Origin: Octopus sinensis
Lineage: Eukaryota
DNA length: 64,000 nucleotides
Direction: 5' to 3'
Assembly: GCF_006345805.1 (NCBI RefSeq)
Contig: NC_043000.1
Coordinates: 10,850,001-10,914,000 of the forward strand
How positions within the stretch are numbered: the stretch's first letter is position 1; each line of letters opens with the position of its first letter. This document shows positions 38,861-51,433 of this stretch, one piece after another. A program made the translations under genes and the position numbers. The notes beneath the pieces were generated by a model. That model saw only the letters and a list, made by a program, of their open reading frames with translations, made no database searches and was not told the origin of the DNA.

Positions 38861-39278
38861 TCTTTTACTCTTTTACTTGTTTCAGTCATTTGACTGCGGC
38901 CATACTGGAGCACCGCCTTTTTTTTTTAGTCGGGCAAATCGACCCCAGGACTTATTCTTTGGAAGCCTAGTACTTATTCTATCGGTCTCTTTTGCCGAAC
39001 CGCTAAGTTACGGGGACGTAAACACACACCAGCATCGGTTGTCAAGCGATGTTGGGAGGACAAACACAGACTCACAAACACACACACACACATATATATA
39101 TATACATATATACAACAGGCTTCTTTCAGTTTCCGTCTACCAAATTCACTCACAAGGCTTTGGTCGGCCCGAGGCTATAGTAGAAGACACTTGCCCAAGG
39201 TGCCACGCAGTGGGACTGAACCCGGGACCATGTGGTTGGTAAGCAAGCTACTTACCACACAGCCACTCCTACGCCTAT
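38858..39278 (-). mobile_element. SINE family 1, full length
   Basis: Reverse complement of the family consensus; abuts (TA)n. Confidence 0.85.
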
Positions 39279-39661
39279 ATATAAAATAAAATACAAAATG
39301 GTACAAGAACACAAAACATCCAGATAGACGATACAAAAAAACACGGATGGGTCATTCAAAGCCTTTTATCTTCAGTCAAGAACCGGATCATCCTCACAAT
39401 TTCGGCTGATTAATCTTGAGATTGCTCCAATCTGGCCAGCCCCAAGGAAAAACTAAGCTAAGAGCATTAGATTCCTTGGTAAAAAGCATCGAATGTGTAT
39501 GAAACAAGGACGGAAAAACAGGCGACGTTACATGAATATAAATACAAAAATACAATAAAAAAAACAATAATAATAATAATAATAACAGGACATAACAACA
39601 GGCGTCTTTCGACTGGGGACGAATTGAATTCAGCTGTTCTCTTTTATATATATATATATAT

Positions 39662-41609
39662 AAGGTTACGGAGAGAGTCATAGCCCAACTAATTAGAGAG
39701 AGAGTTAGTTTAGATGAGATGCAGTTTGGGTTTGTCCCAGGGAAAAGCACCACTGATGCTATATTCCTGGTAAGGCAGCTGCAGGAGAAATACCTAGCCA
39801 AAGATAAGCCCCTGTACCTGGCTTTCGTTGACATGGAGAAAGCCTTTGATAGGGTCCCCCGTTCCCTCATCTGGTGGTCAATGAGGAAACTAGGGATAGA
39901 TGAATGGCTGGTGAGGGCTGTGCAAGCCATGTACAGAGATGCCGTAAGTAAGGTTAGAGTTGGCAGCATGTACACAGAAGAATTCCAGGTAGAGGTTGGG
40001 GTCCACCAGGGTTCAGTACTCAGCCCCCTCCTATTTATCATAGTCCTCCAGGCAATTGTGGAGGAATTCAAGACAGGTTGCCCCTGGGAGCTCCTCTATG
40101 CTGACGACCTCGCTCTAATCGCTGAGTCACTATCAGAACTGGAGGAGAAGTTCCAGGTGTGGAAGGAGGGTTTAGAATCGAGGGGCCTTAGAGTCAACCT
40201 AGCTAAAACCAAAGTACTAATAAGTAGAAAGTTAGAAAATCCACAAATATCCTCAGGAAGATGGCCCTGCTCGATCTGTAGAAAAGGTGTAGGTAGAAAC
40301 TCTATAAGATGTACCCAGTGTAAGCTATGGACACATAAGAGGTGCAGCAATGTCAAAGGTAGGCTAACTGGGAAGATAGTTTTTGTATGTGGCAGATGCT
40401 CGGGAGCATTGACCTCCGAAAATCTGCAGAAAACAACTTCCGTCACTTTCCGGGGGGAAAAACTAGAAGTAGCTGATAGCTTCCGCTATCTAGGTGACCA
40501 AGTCAGTAGTGGGGGCGGGTGCGCTGAAAGTGTAACTGCTAGAATAAGAATAGCCTGGGCAAAGTTTAGGGAGCTCTTACCTCTGCTGGTGACTAAAGGC
40601 CTCTCGCTCAGAGTAAAAGGCAGACTGTATGATGCATGTGTACGAACAGCTATGCTACATGGCAGTGAAACATGGGCCGTGACTGCTGAGGACATGCGTA
40701 AGCTTGTGAGGAACGAAGCCAGTATGCTCTGATGGATGTGTAATGTCAGTGTACTTACTCGACAGAGCGTTAGTACCTTGAGAGAAATGTTGTACCTAAG
40801 AAGCATCAGTTGTTGTGTGCAAGAGAGACGATTGCGCTGGTATGGTCATGTGGCGAGAATGGATGAAGATAGGTGTGTGAGAAAGTGCCAATCCCTAGCA
40901 GTTGAGGGAACCCGTGGAAGAGGTAGACCCAGGAAAACCTGGGACGAAGTGGTGAAGCACGACCTTCGGACGTTAGGTCTCACCATGGAAATGACTAGAG
41001 ACCGAGACCTATGGAAGTATGCTGTGCGTGAGAAGACCCGGCAAGACTAGTGAAGCCATAATCCGTGGCCCCTACCTGGGACGTAGTCAGTCCACCTGTG
41101 CATACCTTCCTTCTTGTGACACTTGTGAAGACCTGTTGAGGCAAGTGAGAATCGAATCGAATCAAATCAAATCAAATCGAACCAAATCAAAATAGATGAA
41201 CATCAATGGAATTTGTATCCTTGTGGTACCAGTGCCGGTGGCACATAAGAAAACCATCCGAACGTGATCGTAGCCAGTACCGCAATGACTGGCCTCCGTG
41301 CTGAGGGCACGTAACAAACACCATCCGAGCGTGGCCGTCCGCCAGCCCCGTCTGGCACCTGTGTCGGTGACACATAAAAAACACCATCCGAGCGTGGCCG
41401 TCTGCCAGCCTCGTCTGGCACCTGTGTCGGTGGCACATAAAATCACCCACTACACTCTCGGAGTGGTTGGCGTTAGGAAGGGCATCCAGCTGTAGAAACA
41501 CTGCCAGATCTGACTGGCCTGGTGCAGCCTTCGGGCTTGCCAGACCCCAGTTGAACCGTCCAACCCATGCTAGCATGGATAGCGGACGTTAAACGATGAT
41601 GATGATGAT
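39662..41609 (+). mobile_element. RTE-clade LINE copy A, 5'-truncated (RT, C-terminus, 3' UTR with ~60-bp repeats, (GAT)n tail)
   Basis: ORF 39719..40732 has QFGF, VHQGSVLSPLLF, YADD and FRYLG RT motifs. It continues in 40736..41050 (LRWYGHV, GRPRKTW) after a TGA. Flanked by (TA)n on both sides. Confidence 0.95.
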
Positions 41610-41714
41610 ATATATATATAATATATATATATATAGTCATAAAGGCTAACACTACAGGCAATTTTTGTAATAAAGAAAATGAAGCAATGGAATATTGTAA
41701 TAAAAAATACTAAC

Positions 41715-41844
41715 CTCAGATCTCAGGGCAACATGTTGTTCTTTATCTCCATCTAATAATTCACATTCCCAATCTTGGTCTTCATCTACAGCAGCTGGAT
41801 CAAAACTGTACAATGGCATCAGATGGTGCCGAAGTTTGTCTAAC
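41715..41844 (-). CDS. SMIM29: SMIM29-like gene, 130-nt internal exon (R)LDKLRHHLMPLYSFDPAAVDEDQDWECELLDGDKEQHVALRSE
   Basis: Acceptor ttgtttggtaacag, donor GAG|GTTAGT. The peptide matches the recalled SMIM29 signature [20 protein letters not shown]...EQELL. It lies inside track ORF 41652..41861. Confidence 0.88.
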
Positions 41845-42351
41845 CTGTTACCAAACAACACAATTTCTCAGTCTACATAAAACATATTAAACGTGTAAAC
41901 AATGTTACAATCATATATTTAATAAAAACAGGCAGATCTCAACTTATACCACTTTGAGTTGTGTACATACACACATGCATGCATGCATACATACATACAA
42001 TACACATACATACATGCATACACACACACACACACATGCAGTAAGTCTGTGTGAGAGTCACCCTGGAAATGTCTGAAAAAGGCTTCTAGTATGCAACTCC
42101 ATAAAGGAAAATGAAAGGAAAGAGAAAGCATGGAGGAAAGGATGTGAAACAAGTGTGAATATTCTTACTTTCTAGAAATATTTTCAGTTCAAATGATGAG
42201 AAAGCACACTTATATATAAGTATAAATATTTTGGTTTGCATTTGAAATTATATCGAAACAGCATTTCAGATTTTCAGAAAATGAAACATTACTAGACTAA
42301 TATTTTCATTATTACCAATACATTATAGTAGGGTACCTTTATACAAATAGT

Positions 42352-42645
42352 AGAGGCACATGGCCTAGTGGTTTGAGCAGTGGTCTTGCGGTCGAGGGAT
42401 CATGGGTTCGAATCTCAGACCGGGCGATGTGTGTGTTTATGAGCGAAATACCTAAGCTCCACACGGCTCTTGCAGAAGGTAATGGCGAACTTCTGCTGAC
42501 TCTTTCGTTACAACTTTCTCTCACTCTTTCCTCCTGCATCTTGTAGCTCACCTGCGATGGACCGGCGTCCATCTAGGTGGGGAACATATACGCCAAGGAA
42601 ACCGGCCCTTAAGAGCCAGGCATGGCTCAAGAAGGAACAAACCTA
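42352..42645 (+). mobile_element. SINE family 3
   Basis: Matches 21036-21300. Confidence 0.85.
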
Positions 42646-43431
42646 TAAACAAACAGTTCTCTGAGTGAACAATTCAAATAATGATTGGTGTTTTTCTGAA
42701 GAAAATTCAACTTGCATAACAAACTAAAATTTGATCAATGTGTGCAAACAGACTGCACACATGCAATTAACTGAAAATCTATTCACTTAGAGAACAGAAA
42801 TTTGAACAAAGCATGGGTTGACAATGCATGCATATAAATGGTTGGGAGAGCAAGTACAAGAGGTTTGTTAATGTCCATGCACACATTCCATGTAGCTTGC
42901 AACTTTTCATATATTTATATAGAAAACAATATTTCTCTCTTCATTTTGTATTTGGTTTGCCAAATTCTTCATATGAATTCATGAGTTGAAACAAATTTTG
43001 TTGCATCTTGGGAGAGTCATTGCATCAATAATAACAACACATGCACAGGTTCAATTCCACTTCTTTATTGTTAGTCAGTTGATTAGCTATCTAATAAACT
43101 AACTAATCAATTGTTTGTTAGTCAAAGTTCTTTTCTCGCTGTTTGCACCCTTTTCAGTGACTTAGTGACTTTCTTTCTTCAAGGTCTGATCTGCGTCTGA
43201 ATACTTCACATATTTTTTTGCTAAAATCATAACCAAGGATTGACAGCAGCAAGACAAAGAGAAACAAACACACACATATACATTATACTTATGTCTTTGC
43301 TATGAATGGATGGACAAATAAAACATCATTTTACAACTTTATGTGGAGTTTGAGTGTGGCTTGGAATGGATAAACCTGTCTATATGCATTTTAATTACTC
43401 ATGTAATGAACAAGGCTCTGGAATGGATTAT

Positions 43432-43560
43432 ATAATAATAATAATGAAATTATTGTATACAGTGCTCAGGTGCACTACAACTTGTCAAAAGTGCATATAA
43501 AGCATATGCAATAATGTACAAATGTCTGGGAAGTGAACAGTGTATGAGTCAGATATATAT
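43432..43560 (-). mobile_element. CR1 3' tail fragment
   Basis: Matches 3549-3670, including the (ATT)n tail. Confidence 0.7.
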
Positions 43561-44059
43561 ATTCTTTTATTCTGTTATTTGTTTCAGTCTTTTGACTGAG
43601 GCCATGCTGGAGCACCACCTTTAGTCAAACAAATCGACCCCAGGACTTATTCTCTGTAAGCTTAGTACTAATGCTATCAGTCTCTTTTGTCGAACTGCTA
43701 AGTTACGGGGACATAAACACACCAGCATCAGTTGTCAAACAATGGTACGGGGACAAACACAGACACACAAACCACACATGACAGACTTCTTTCAGTTTCT
43801 GTCTACCAATCCACTCACAAGGCTATAGTAGAAGACACTTGCCCAATTTAAATACAGTTTGACTCAGCTCCATATGACTTAAAGTTTTGTGGGTGTGTCC
43901 TACACATCCACAAAACTAAGTCTTGCTTATATTTCATAACAGTGACCAATACAAAAACTTGCACCGTTTCCTACAATACCTAGAGTCTGTGTGTAAGTGT
44001 GTGTGCTTTATTTTACAGGTTGTAATAACATTTTGGGCAAGCAATCTATTTTAAATAAA

Positions 44060-46766
44060 TAAATGAGGATGCAAAGAGAGAGGTTTGGAGAAGCCACTAT
44101 GAAAGGTTGCTGAATGAGGAAAATGAATGGGATAAAGAGAGTCTGCCGAATGTTGACCCAACAGAGGGACCAGCAATCTGAGTTGACAGTTCCTTAGTAG
44201 ATAAGGCAATTAAAAGCATGAAAACAGGGAAAGCCCCAGGCCCATCAGGAATCACTGCAGAGATGCTCAAAATATCTGGTAGTGTCGGCTATAGCCTAGT
44301 CACCCGTATAGTTAACCAGGTGATACACGAAGGAGTCATTCCCAATGACTGGTGTAGCAGCATAATAGTTAGCTGCTACAAAGGTAAAGGTGACGCCCTA
44401 GATACAAATAGCTACAGGGGTATCAAGCTGCTGGATCAGGTAATGAAGGTTACGGAGAGGGTTATAGCCCAACTAATTAGAGAGAAGTTAGTTTAGATCA
44501 GATGCAGTTTGGGTTCGTGCCAGGGAAAAGTACTACTGATGCTATTTTCATGGTAAGACAGCTGCAGGAGAAATACCTAGCCAAAGACAAGCCCCTATAC
44601 CTGGCTTTTGTTGATATGGAGAAAGCCTTCGACAGGGTCCCCCGATCCCTCATCTGGTGGTCAATGAGGAAACTAGGGATAGATGAATGGTTAGTGAAAG
44701 CTGTACAAGCCATGTACAGAGACGCTGCTAGTAAGGTGAGGGTTGGCACCGAGTACAGTGAAGAATTCAGGGTAGAGGTTGGGGTCCACCAAGGTTCAGT
44801 CCTCAGTCCCCTCCTATTTATCATAGTCCTCCAGGCAATAACGGAGGAATTCAAGACAGGATGCCCCTGGGAGCTCCTCTATGCTGATGACCTTGCTCTA
44901 ATTGCTGAGTCTCTATCAGAACTAGAGGAGAAGTTTCAGGTATGGAAACAAGGTTTAGAATCGAAGGGCCTTAGAATCAACCTAGCCAAAACCAAAGTCC
45001 TAATAAGTAGGAAGGTAGACCAATCACAAACGCCTTCAGGTAGATGGCCCTGCTCGATCTGTAGAAAAGGTGTAGGTAGAAACTCTATAAGATGCACCAA
45101 GTGTAAGCTATGGACACATAAGAGGTGCAGCAATGTAAAAGGAAGGCTAACTAGGAAGATGGTTTTTGTATGTGGCAGATGCTCAGGAACAATTAACACT
45201 GAAGATGCTCTGAGACCAACTTCCGTCACTTTCCAGGGAGAAAAGCTAGAAGTAGTTGATAGTTTCCGTTACCTAGGTGACCAAGTCAGTAGCGGGGGCG
45301 GGTGCGCTGAGAGTATAACTGCTAGAGTAAGAATAGCCTGGGCAAAGTTTAGAGAGCTCTTACCTCTGCTGGTGACAAAAGGCCTCTCGCTCAAAGTAAA
45401 AGGCAGACTGTATGATGCATGTGTACGTACACAGCCATGCTACATGGTAGTGAAACTTGGGCTGTGACTGCTGAGGATTTGCGTAAGCTCGCAAGAAATG
45501 AAGCTAGTATGCTCCGATGGATGTGTAACGTCAGTGTTCATAATCGACAGAGTGTAAGTACCTTGAGAGAAAAGTTGAACCTAAGAAGTATCAGTTGTTG
45601 TGTGCAAGAGAGACGTATGCGCTGGTATGGTCATGTGATGAGAATGGCTGAAGATAGTTGTGTGCGAAAGTGCCACACCCTGGCAGTTGAGGGGACCTGT
45701 GGAAGAGGTAGACCCAGGAAAACCTGGGTCGAGGCGGTGAAGCACGACCTTCGAACTTTAGGTCTCACCAAGGAAATGACCAGTGACTGAGACCTTTGGA
45801 GGTATGCTGTGCGTGAGAAAACCCGGCAAGACCAGTGAGAACAGTCAAAATCAAGATCAAACCAAATTGAGGTCGATCAACATCAGGGACCCCGTGCAGG
45901 TGACACGTAAAAGTACCATCCGTTCGTAGCCGTTCGCCAGCCCTGTCTGGCCCCCGTGTAGGTGGCACGTAAAAGCACCATCCGTTCGTGTTCGTTGCCA
46001 GCCTGGGCTGGCCCCCGTGCCGGTGACACGTAAAAGTACCATCCGTTTGTGGCCGTTTGCCAGCTCTGTCTGGCCCCCGTGCCGGTGACACGTAAAAGCA
46101 CCATCCGTTGGTGGCCGTTTGCCAGCTCTGTCTGGCCCCCGTGCCGGTGACATGTAAAAGCACCATCCGTTCGTGGCCGTTTGCCAGCCCTGTCTGGCCC
46201 CCATGTCGGTGACATGTAAAAGCACCATCCGTTGTGTCCGTTGCCAGCCTCGCCTGGCCCCCGTGCCGGTGACACGTAAAAGCACCATCTGTTCGTGGCT
46301 GTTTGCCAGCCCTGTCTGGCCCCCATGTCGGTGGCATGTAAAAGCATCATCCGTTCGTGCCCGTTGCCAGCCTCGCCTGGCCCCCGTGCCGGTGACACGT
46401 AAAAGCACCATCCGTTTCGTGGCCGTTTGCCAGCTCTGTCTGGCCCCCATGTTGGTGGCACGTAAAAGCACCATCCGTTCGTGTCCGTTGCCAGCCTCGC
46501 CTGGCCCCGTGCCGGTGACACGTAAAAGCACCATCCGTTCGTGGCCGTTTGCCAGCTCTGTCTGGCACCTGTGCAGGTGGCACGTAAAAAGCACCCACTA
46601 CACTCACGGAGTGGTTGGCGTTAGGAAGGGCATCCAGCCGTAGAAACACTGCCAGATCTGACTGGGCCTGATGAAGCCTTCCAGCTTCACAGACCTCAGT
46701 TGAACCGTCCAACCCATGCTAGCATGGAAACGGACGCTAAATGATGATGATGATGATGATGATGAT
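44060..46766 (+). mobile_element. RTE-clade LINE copy B, 5'-truncated, frameshifted, with expanded 3' UTR tandem array
   Basis: ORF pieces 44218..44496, 44502..45467 and 45419..45790 carry RT motifs. Same 3' end as copy A with a long (GAT)n tail. Confidence 0.95.
45890..46600 (+). repeat. Tandem array of ~60-62 bp units (about 11 full + 1 partial) in the 3' UTR of RTE copy B
   Basis: Unit approximately CCCCGTGCCGGTGACACGTAAAAGCACCATCCGTTCGTGGCCGTTTGCCAGCTCTGTCTGGC, head-to-tail, with no unique spacers. Confidence 0.95.
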
Positions 46767-47109
46767 AAAAAAAAAGAAATGTATAATTTGTTAGTTTAAA
46801 AATTTCACTTTTTCCCTGAATTTTGTCTTTAGTTTTGTTGGTTCATTAAATTTCTTCAAAATTTCATTTGAAGCACACTTAATATTCCATATACTCTTTA
46901 CTCTTTTACTTGTTTCAGTCATTTGACAGTGGCCATGCTAGAGCATCACCTTTAGTCGAGTAAATCGACCCCAGGACTTATTCTTTGTAAGCCTAGTACT
47001 TATTCTATCAGTCTCTTTTGCTGAACCGCTAAGTTACAGGGACGTAAACACACCACCATCAGTTATCAAGCAATGGGGGGGGGGGGACAAACACAGACAC
47101 ACAAACATA

Positions 47110-47289
47110 CACACACACACACATATATATATGTATTTATATATATATATATATATTTATATATACATGTATATATATATATATATGTATATATATATGT
47201 ATATATATATGTGTGTATATATATGTATATATATATGTATATATATGTGTATATATATATATATGTGTATATATGTGTATATATATATA

Positions 47290-47326
<37 letters not shown>

Positions 47327-47340
47327 GCATATATATGTGT
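47110..47340. repeat. Compound (TA)n/(TATG)n microsatellite
   Basis: Directly visible. Confidence 0.95.
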
Positions 47341-50300
47341 ATCATCATCATTTAGCGTCCGCTTTCCATGCTAGCATGGGTTGGACGGTTCAACTGGGGT
47401 CTGTGAAGCTGGAAGGCTTCATCAGGCCCAGTCAGATCTGGCAGTGTTTCTATGGCTGGATGCCCTTCCTAACGCCAACCACTCCGTGAGTGTAGTGGGT
47501 GCTTTTTACGTGCCACCTGCACAGGTGCCAGACAGAGCTGGCAAACGGCCATGAACGGATGGTGCTTTTATGTGCCACCGGCACGGGGGCCAGGCGAGGC
47601 TGGCAACGGACACGAACAGATGCTTCTTCTATGTGCCACCGGCACAGGGGCCAGGCGAGGCTGGCAATGGACACAAACGGATGGTGCTTTTACGTGCCAC
47701 CGGCATGGGGGCCAGGCGAGGCTGGCAATGGACACGAACGGATAGTGTTCTTTACGTGCCATCGGCACGAGGCCAGTCGGGGCGGCGCTGGCAACGGTCA
47801 CAAACAGATGGTTCTCTTACGTGCCACCGGCACTGGTAACTCAGCTGCAATTTCCATTGATTGATTTCAATTCTGATCCTCACTTGCCTCAACAGGTCTT
47901 CACAAGTAGAGTTTTGTGTCCCAAGAAGGGAAGGTATGCATACGTAGGCTGGCTCCATCCCATGTAGAAGGAAACGGGTTATGGTCTCACTTGTCCTGCC
48001 GGGTCTTCTCGCGCACAGCATACTTCCAGAGGTCTCGGTCTCTAGTCATTTCCTCAGTGAGACCTAAAGTTCAAAGGTTGTGCTTCACCACCTCGTCCTA
48101 GGTTTTCCTGGGTCTGCCTCTTCCACAGGTTCCCTCAACCGCTAGGGTGTGGCACTTTTTCACACAACTATCTTCATCCATTCTCACCACATGCCCATAC
48201 CAGCGCAAACGTCTCTCTTGCACACCACAACTGATGCTTCTTAGGTCCAGCTTTTCTCTCAAGGTACTTACACTCTGTCGAGTATGAGTACTGACATTAC
48301 ACATCCATTGGAGCATACTGGCTTCATTTCTTGTGAGCTTACGCATATCCTCAGCAGTCACGGCCCATGTTTCACTGCCATGTAGCATGGCTGTTCGTAC
48401 ACATGCATCATACAGTCTGCCTTTTACTCTGTGCGAGAGGCCTTTTGTCACCAGCAGAGGTAAGAGCTCTCTGAACTTTGCCCAAGCTATTCTTACTCTA
48501 GCAGTTACACTTTCAGCACACCTGCCCCCGCTGCTGACTTGGTCACCTAGGTAACAGAAGCTATCAACTACTTCTAGTTTTTCTCCCTGGAAAGTGACGG
48601 AAGTTGGTCTCAGAGCATTTTCAGTGTTTATTGTTCCTGAGCATCTGCCACAGATAAAAACTATTTTCCTAGTTAGCCTTCCTTTGACATTGCTGCACAT
48701 CTTATGTGTCCATAGCTTACACTTGGTGCATCTTATAGAGTTTCTACCTACACCTTTTCTACAGATCGAGCAGGGCCATCTACCTGAAGGCGTTTATGAT
48801 TTGTCTACCTTCCTACTGATTACGACTTTGGTTTTAGCTAGATTGACTCTAAGGCCCTTCGATTCTAATCCTTGTTTCCACACCTGAAACTTCTCCTCCA
48901 GTTCTGATAGTGACTCAGCAATTAGAGCAAGGTCATCAGCATAGAGGAGCTCCCAAGGGCATCTTGTCTTGAATTCCTCCGTTATTGCCTGGAGGACTAT
49001 GATAAATAGGAGGGGGCTGAGGACTGAGCCTTGGTGGACCCCTACCTCTACCTGGAATTCTTCACTGTACTTGTTGCCAACCCTCACCTTACTAGCAGTG
49101 TCCCTGTACATGGCTCGCACAGCTCTCACTAACCATTCATCTATCCCTAGTTTCCTCATTGACCACCAGATAAGGGATCGGGGGACCCTGTCGAAGGCTT
49201 TCTCCATGTCAACAAAAGCCAGGTACAGGGGCTTATCTTTGGCTAGGTATTTCTCCTGCAGCTGCCTTACCAGGAATATAGCATCAGTGGTACTTTTCCC
49301 TGGCACGAACCCAAACTGCATCTCATCTAAACTAACTCTCTCTCTAATTAGTTGGGCTATGACCCTCTCCGTAACCTTCATCACCTGATCCAACAGCTTG
49401 ATACCTCTGTAATTATTTGTATCTAGGGCGTCACCTTTACCTTTGTAGCAGTTGACTATTATGCTGCTACACCAGTCATTGGGTATGGCTCCTTCGTGTA
49501 TCACCTGATTAACTATACGGGTGACTAGGCTATAGCTGACACTACCAGACATTTTGAGCATCTCTGCAGGGATTCCTGATGGGCCTGGGGCTTTCCCTGT
49601 CTTCATGCTTCTAATTGCCTTAACTACCAAGGAAATATCAACTCGGATAGCTGACCCCTCTGTTGGGTCAACATTCGGCAGACTCTCTTTATCCCATTCA
49701 TTTTCTTTATTCAGCAACATTTCATAGTGGCGTCTCCAAACCTCTCTCTTTGCATCCTCATTTAGCGCAAGTGAACCATCTTCCATCCGAACACACTTCT
49801 CTCCTACCACATCACGATTCTCTCTCACACACTGTCTTGCAACGCGAAACACCTCCAGTCTTTGGTCCTCACGGCGCAGAACATTGGCAAATTTTTTCTT
49901 ATCTGCTTCCCCTCTGGCTAAATAAACCTCTCCTAGCTTCTCTTTTGGCAGTCTGATACAATTCCTTGCTACCCCCATTTTTCCAGTCCTTCCAAGCCTG
50001 TCTCTTTTCTCTAATAGCCCTGTCTACAACATTGTTCCACCACCACGTTATTCTAGGTCGAGAGGGGACTTTGCACCAGCCACAGATCTGGTCAGTGGCT
50101 CTCAGCAGGTTGTCCCTTAGAAACGTCCAGTTGTCTTCTACCCGCTGTGATGCTCTATCTACTTCATCAAAGGCTTCAAGTAATATGTCTCTAAATCTCT
50201 GTCCATTTGCAGGATCTTTAAGCTTCCAGATCCTTCTTCTCCATGTTGGTCGTCTTCTGGTTGTCTTCCTAGTCCTGATCCTAAAGTCACTAACTACCAG

Positions 50301-50654
50301 TCTATGTTGTGGGGTACATTCTTCGCCTGGGAAGGTTTTGGTATTTATAAGCAGCCATCTCTCCCTTTGCCTGGCAAGGATGTAGTCAATTTGGCTGGTA
50401 TGTTGGCCCAATCGGTAGGTGACTAGGTGGCTGGTAGGTTTCCTGAAGTTAGTGTTGCAAATCATAAGATTATTTGCATTGCAGAACTCCAGCAGCCTGG
50501 TTCCCTCCTCGTTGCGGGAACCATAGCCATAGCCTCCATGTACGCCATGGAAGCCCCCAGTATGTCGTCCAACGTAACCATTGAAGTCACCAGCCACAAA
50601 GAGAAGGTCTCTGTCATTCGTCAACGAGGTAGTCTGCAGTAGAGTGTCATAGAA
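47341..50654 (-). mobile_element. RTE-clade LINE copy C, longest copy (partial AP endonuclease + RT), inverted relative to A, B and D
   Basis: ORF 49899..50753 has AGDFNGYVG, TSQIDYIL and QHRLVV endonuclease motifs. ORFs 48794..49978 and 48098..48700 cover RT and C-terminus. One frameshift and a CAA>TAA stop; (ATC)n tail at 47341. Confidence 0.95.
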
Positions 50655-50672
50655 TATATATATATGTGTATA

Positions 50673-50714
<42 letters not shown>

Positions 50715-51433
50715 ACAGGCTTCTTTCAGTTTCCTTCTACCAAATCCACTCACAAGGCTTTGGTTGGCCCGAGGCTATAGTAGAAGACACTTGCCCATGG
50801 TGCCACGCAGTGGGACTGAACCCGGAACCATGTGGTTGGTAAGCAAGCTACTTACCACACAGCCACTGCTGCGCCTATATCATATAGAAGAAGGATATTG
50901 ATTAAATATTCTTTATATTAGTTAGTAGGAAAATACACATGTACCTTGCAGAAAAAAAGAGAGAAAAAGAGCAGATCATCCCGAGGGAAAAGTTGAAAGG
51001 TAGTAAAGTAGTAAGTGAGGAAAGAAAATGAGTAACAGGTGAATTGGAAGAATAAAGGAAACAGAAAAGATGAGAGGGAGGTTACAAGTGTGAGGGATAT
51101 CACATAAAGGATTTGTATGGATTTGCCTTACACACACACATGCGCGAACAGAAATGGATATGTGTATGCAGAAATGTGAAAAATATACATGTGTCCATGC
51201 TGCATGAAGATACATGAAAAAGCATATGAATAAATTAATCATTAGCGTTTCATTGATGCAACTTAAGCCATTTGAATAGTCATTTCAAGCATGAAACTAA
51301 AATTTCTGTTCAGATTTAATTCATTGCTTTTGCAGAACAGGTATTATACTATTTTATACACTAACTACATCTGGATTATATTTTGTGGTGTAAAAAATAT
51401 AAAATTGCTAAACAGAAGTGTTAGAAATTGTAA

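Larger units (their letters stand above)
46893..50878 (-). mobile_element. SINE family 1 split by RTE copy C (halves ~46893-47110 and ~50710-50878)
   Basis: The halves are colinear with the consensus; the break falls in the central TA microsatellite. Confidence 0.85.

Noticed and set aside
39394-40071. 225-aa minus-strand ORF and similar ORFs at 44498, 48969 and 52636
   Set aside because: Antisense shadows of the RTE reverse transcriptase.
43160-43280. TM-plus-basic peptide (VCLFLFVLLLSILGYDFSKKICEVFRRR) as the upstream SMIM29 exon
   Set aside because: No donor in the right phase, it ends in a stop, and the 26-nt exon at 60500 fits much better.
45890-46600. CRISPR-like regular repeat array
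   Set aside because: Units are contiguous with no unique spacers, sit in a LINE 3' UTR, and there are no cas genes; eukaryotic context.
45765-47864. Many overlapping 70-245 aa ORFs
   Set aside because: Products of the GC-rich, stop-poor tandem array and TA microsatellites; the peptides are periodic.
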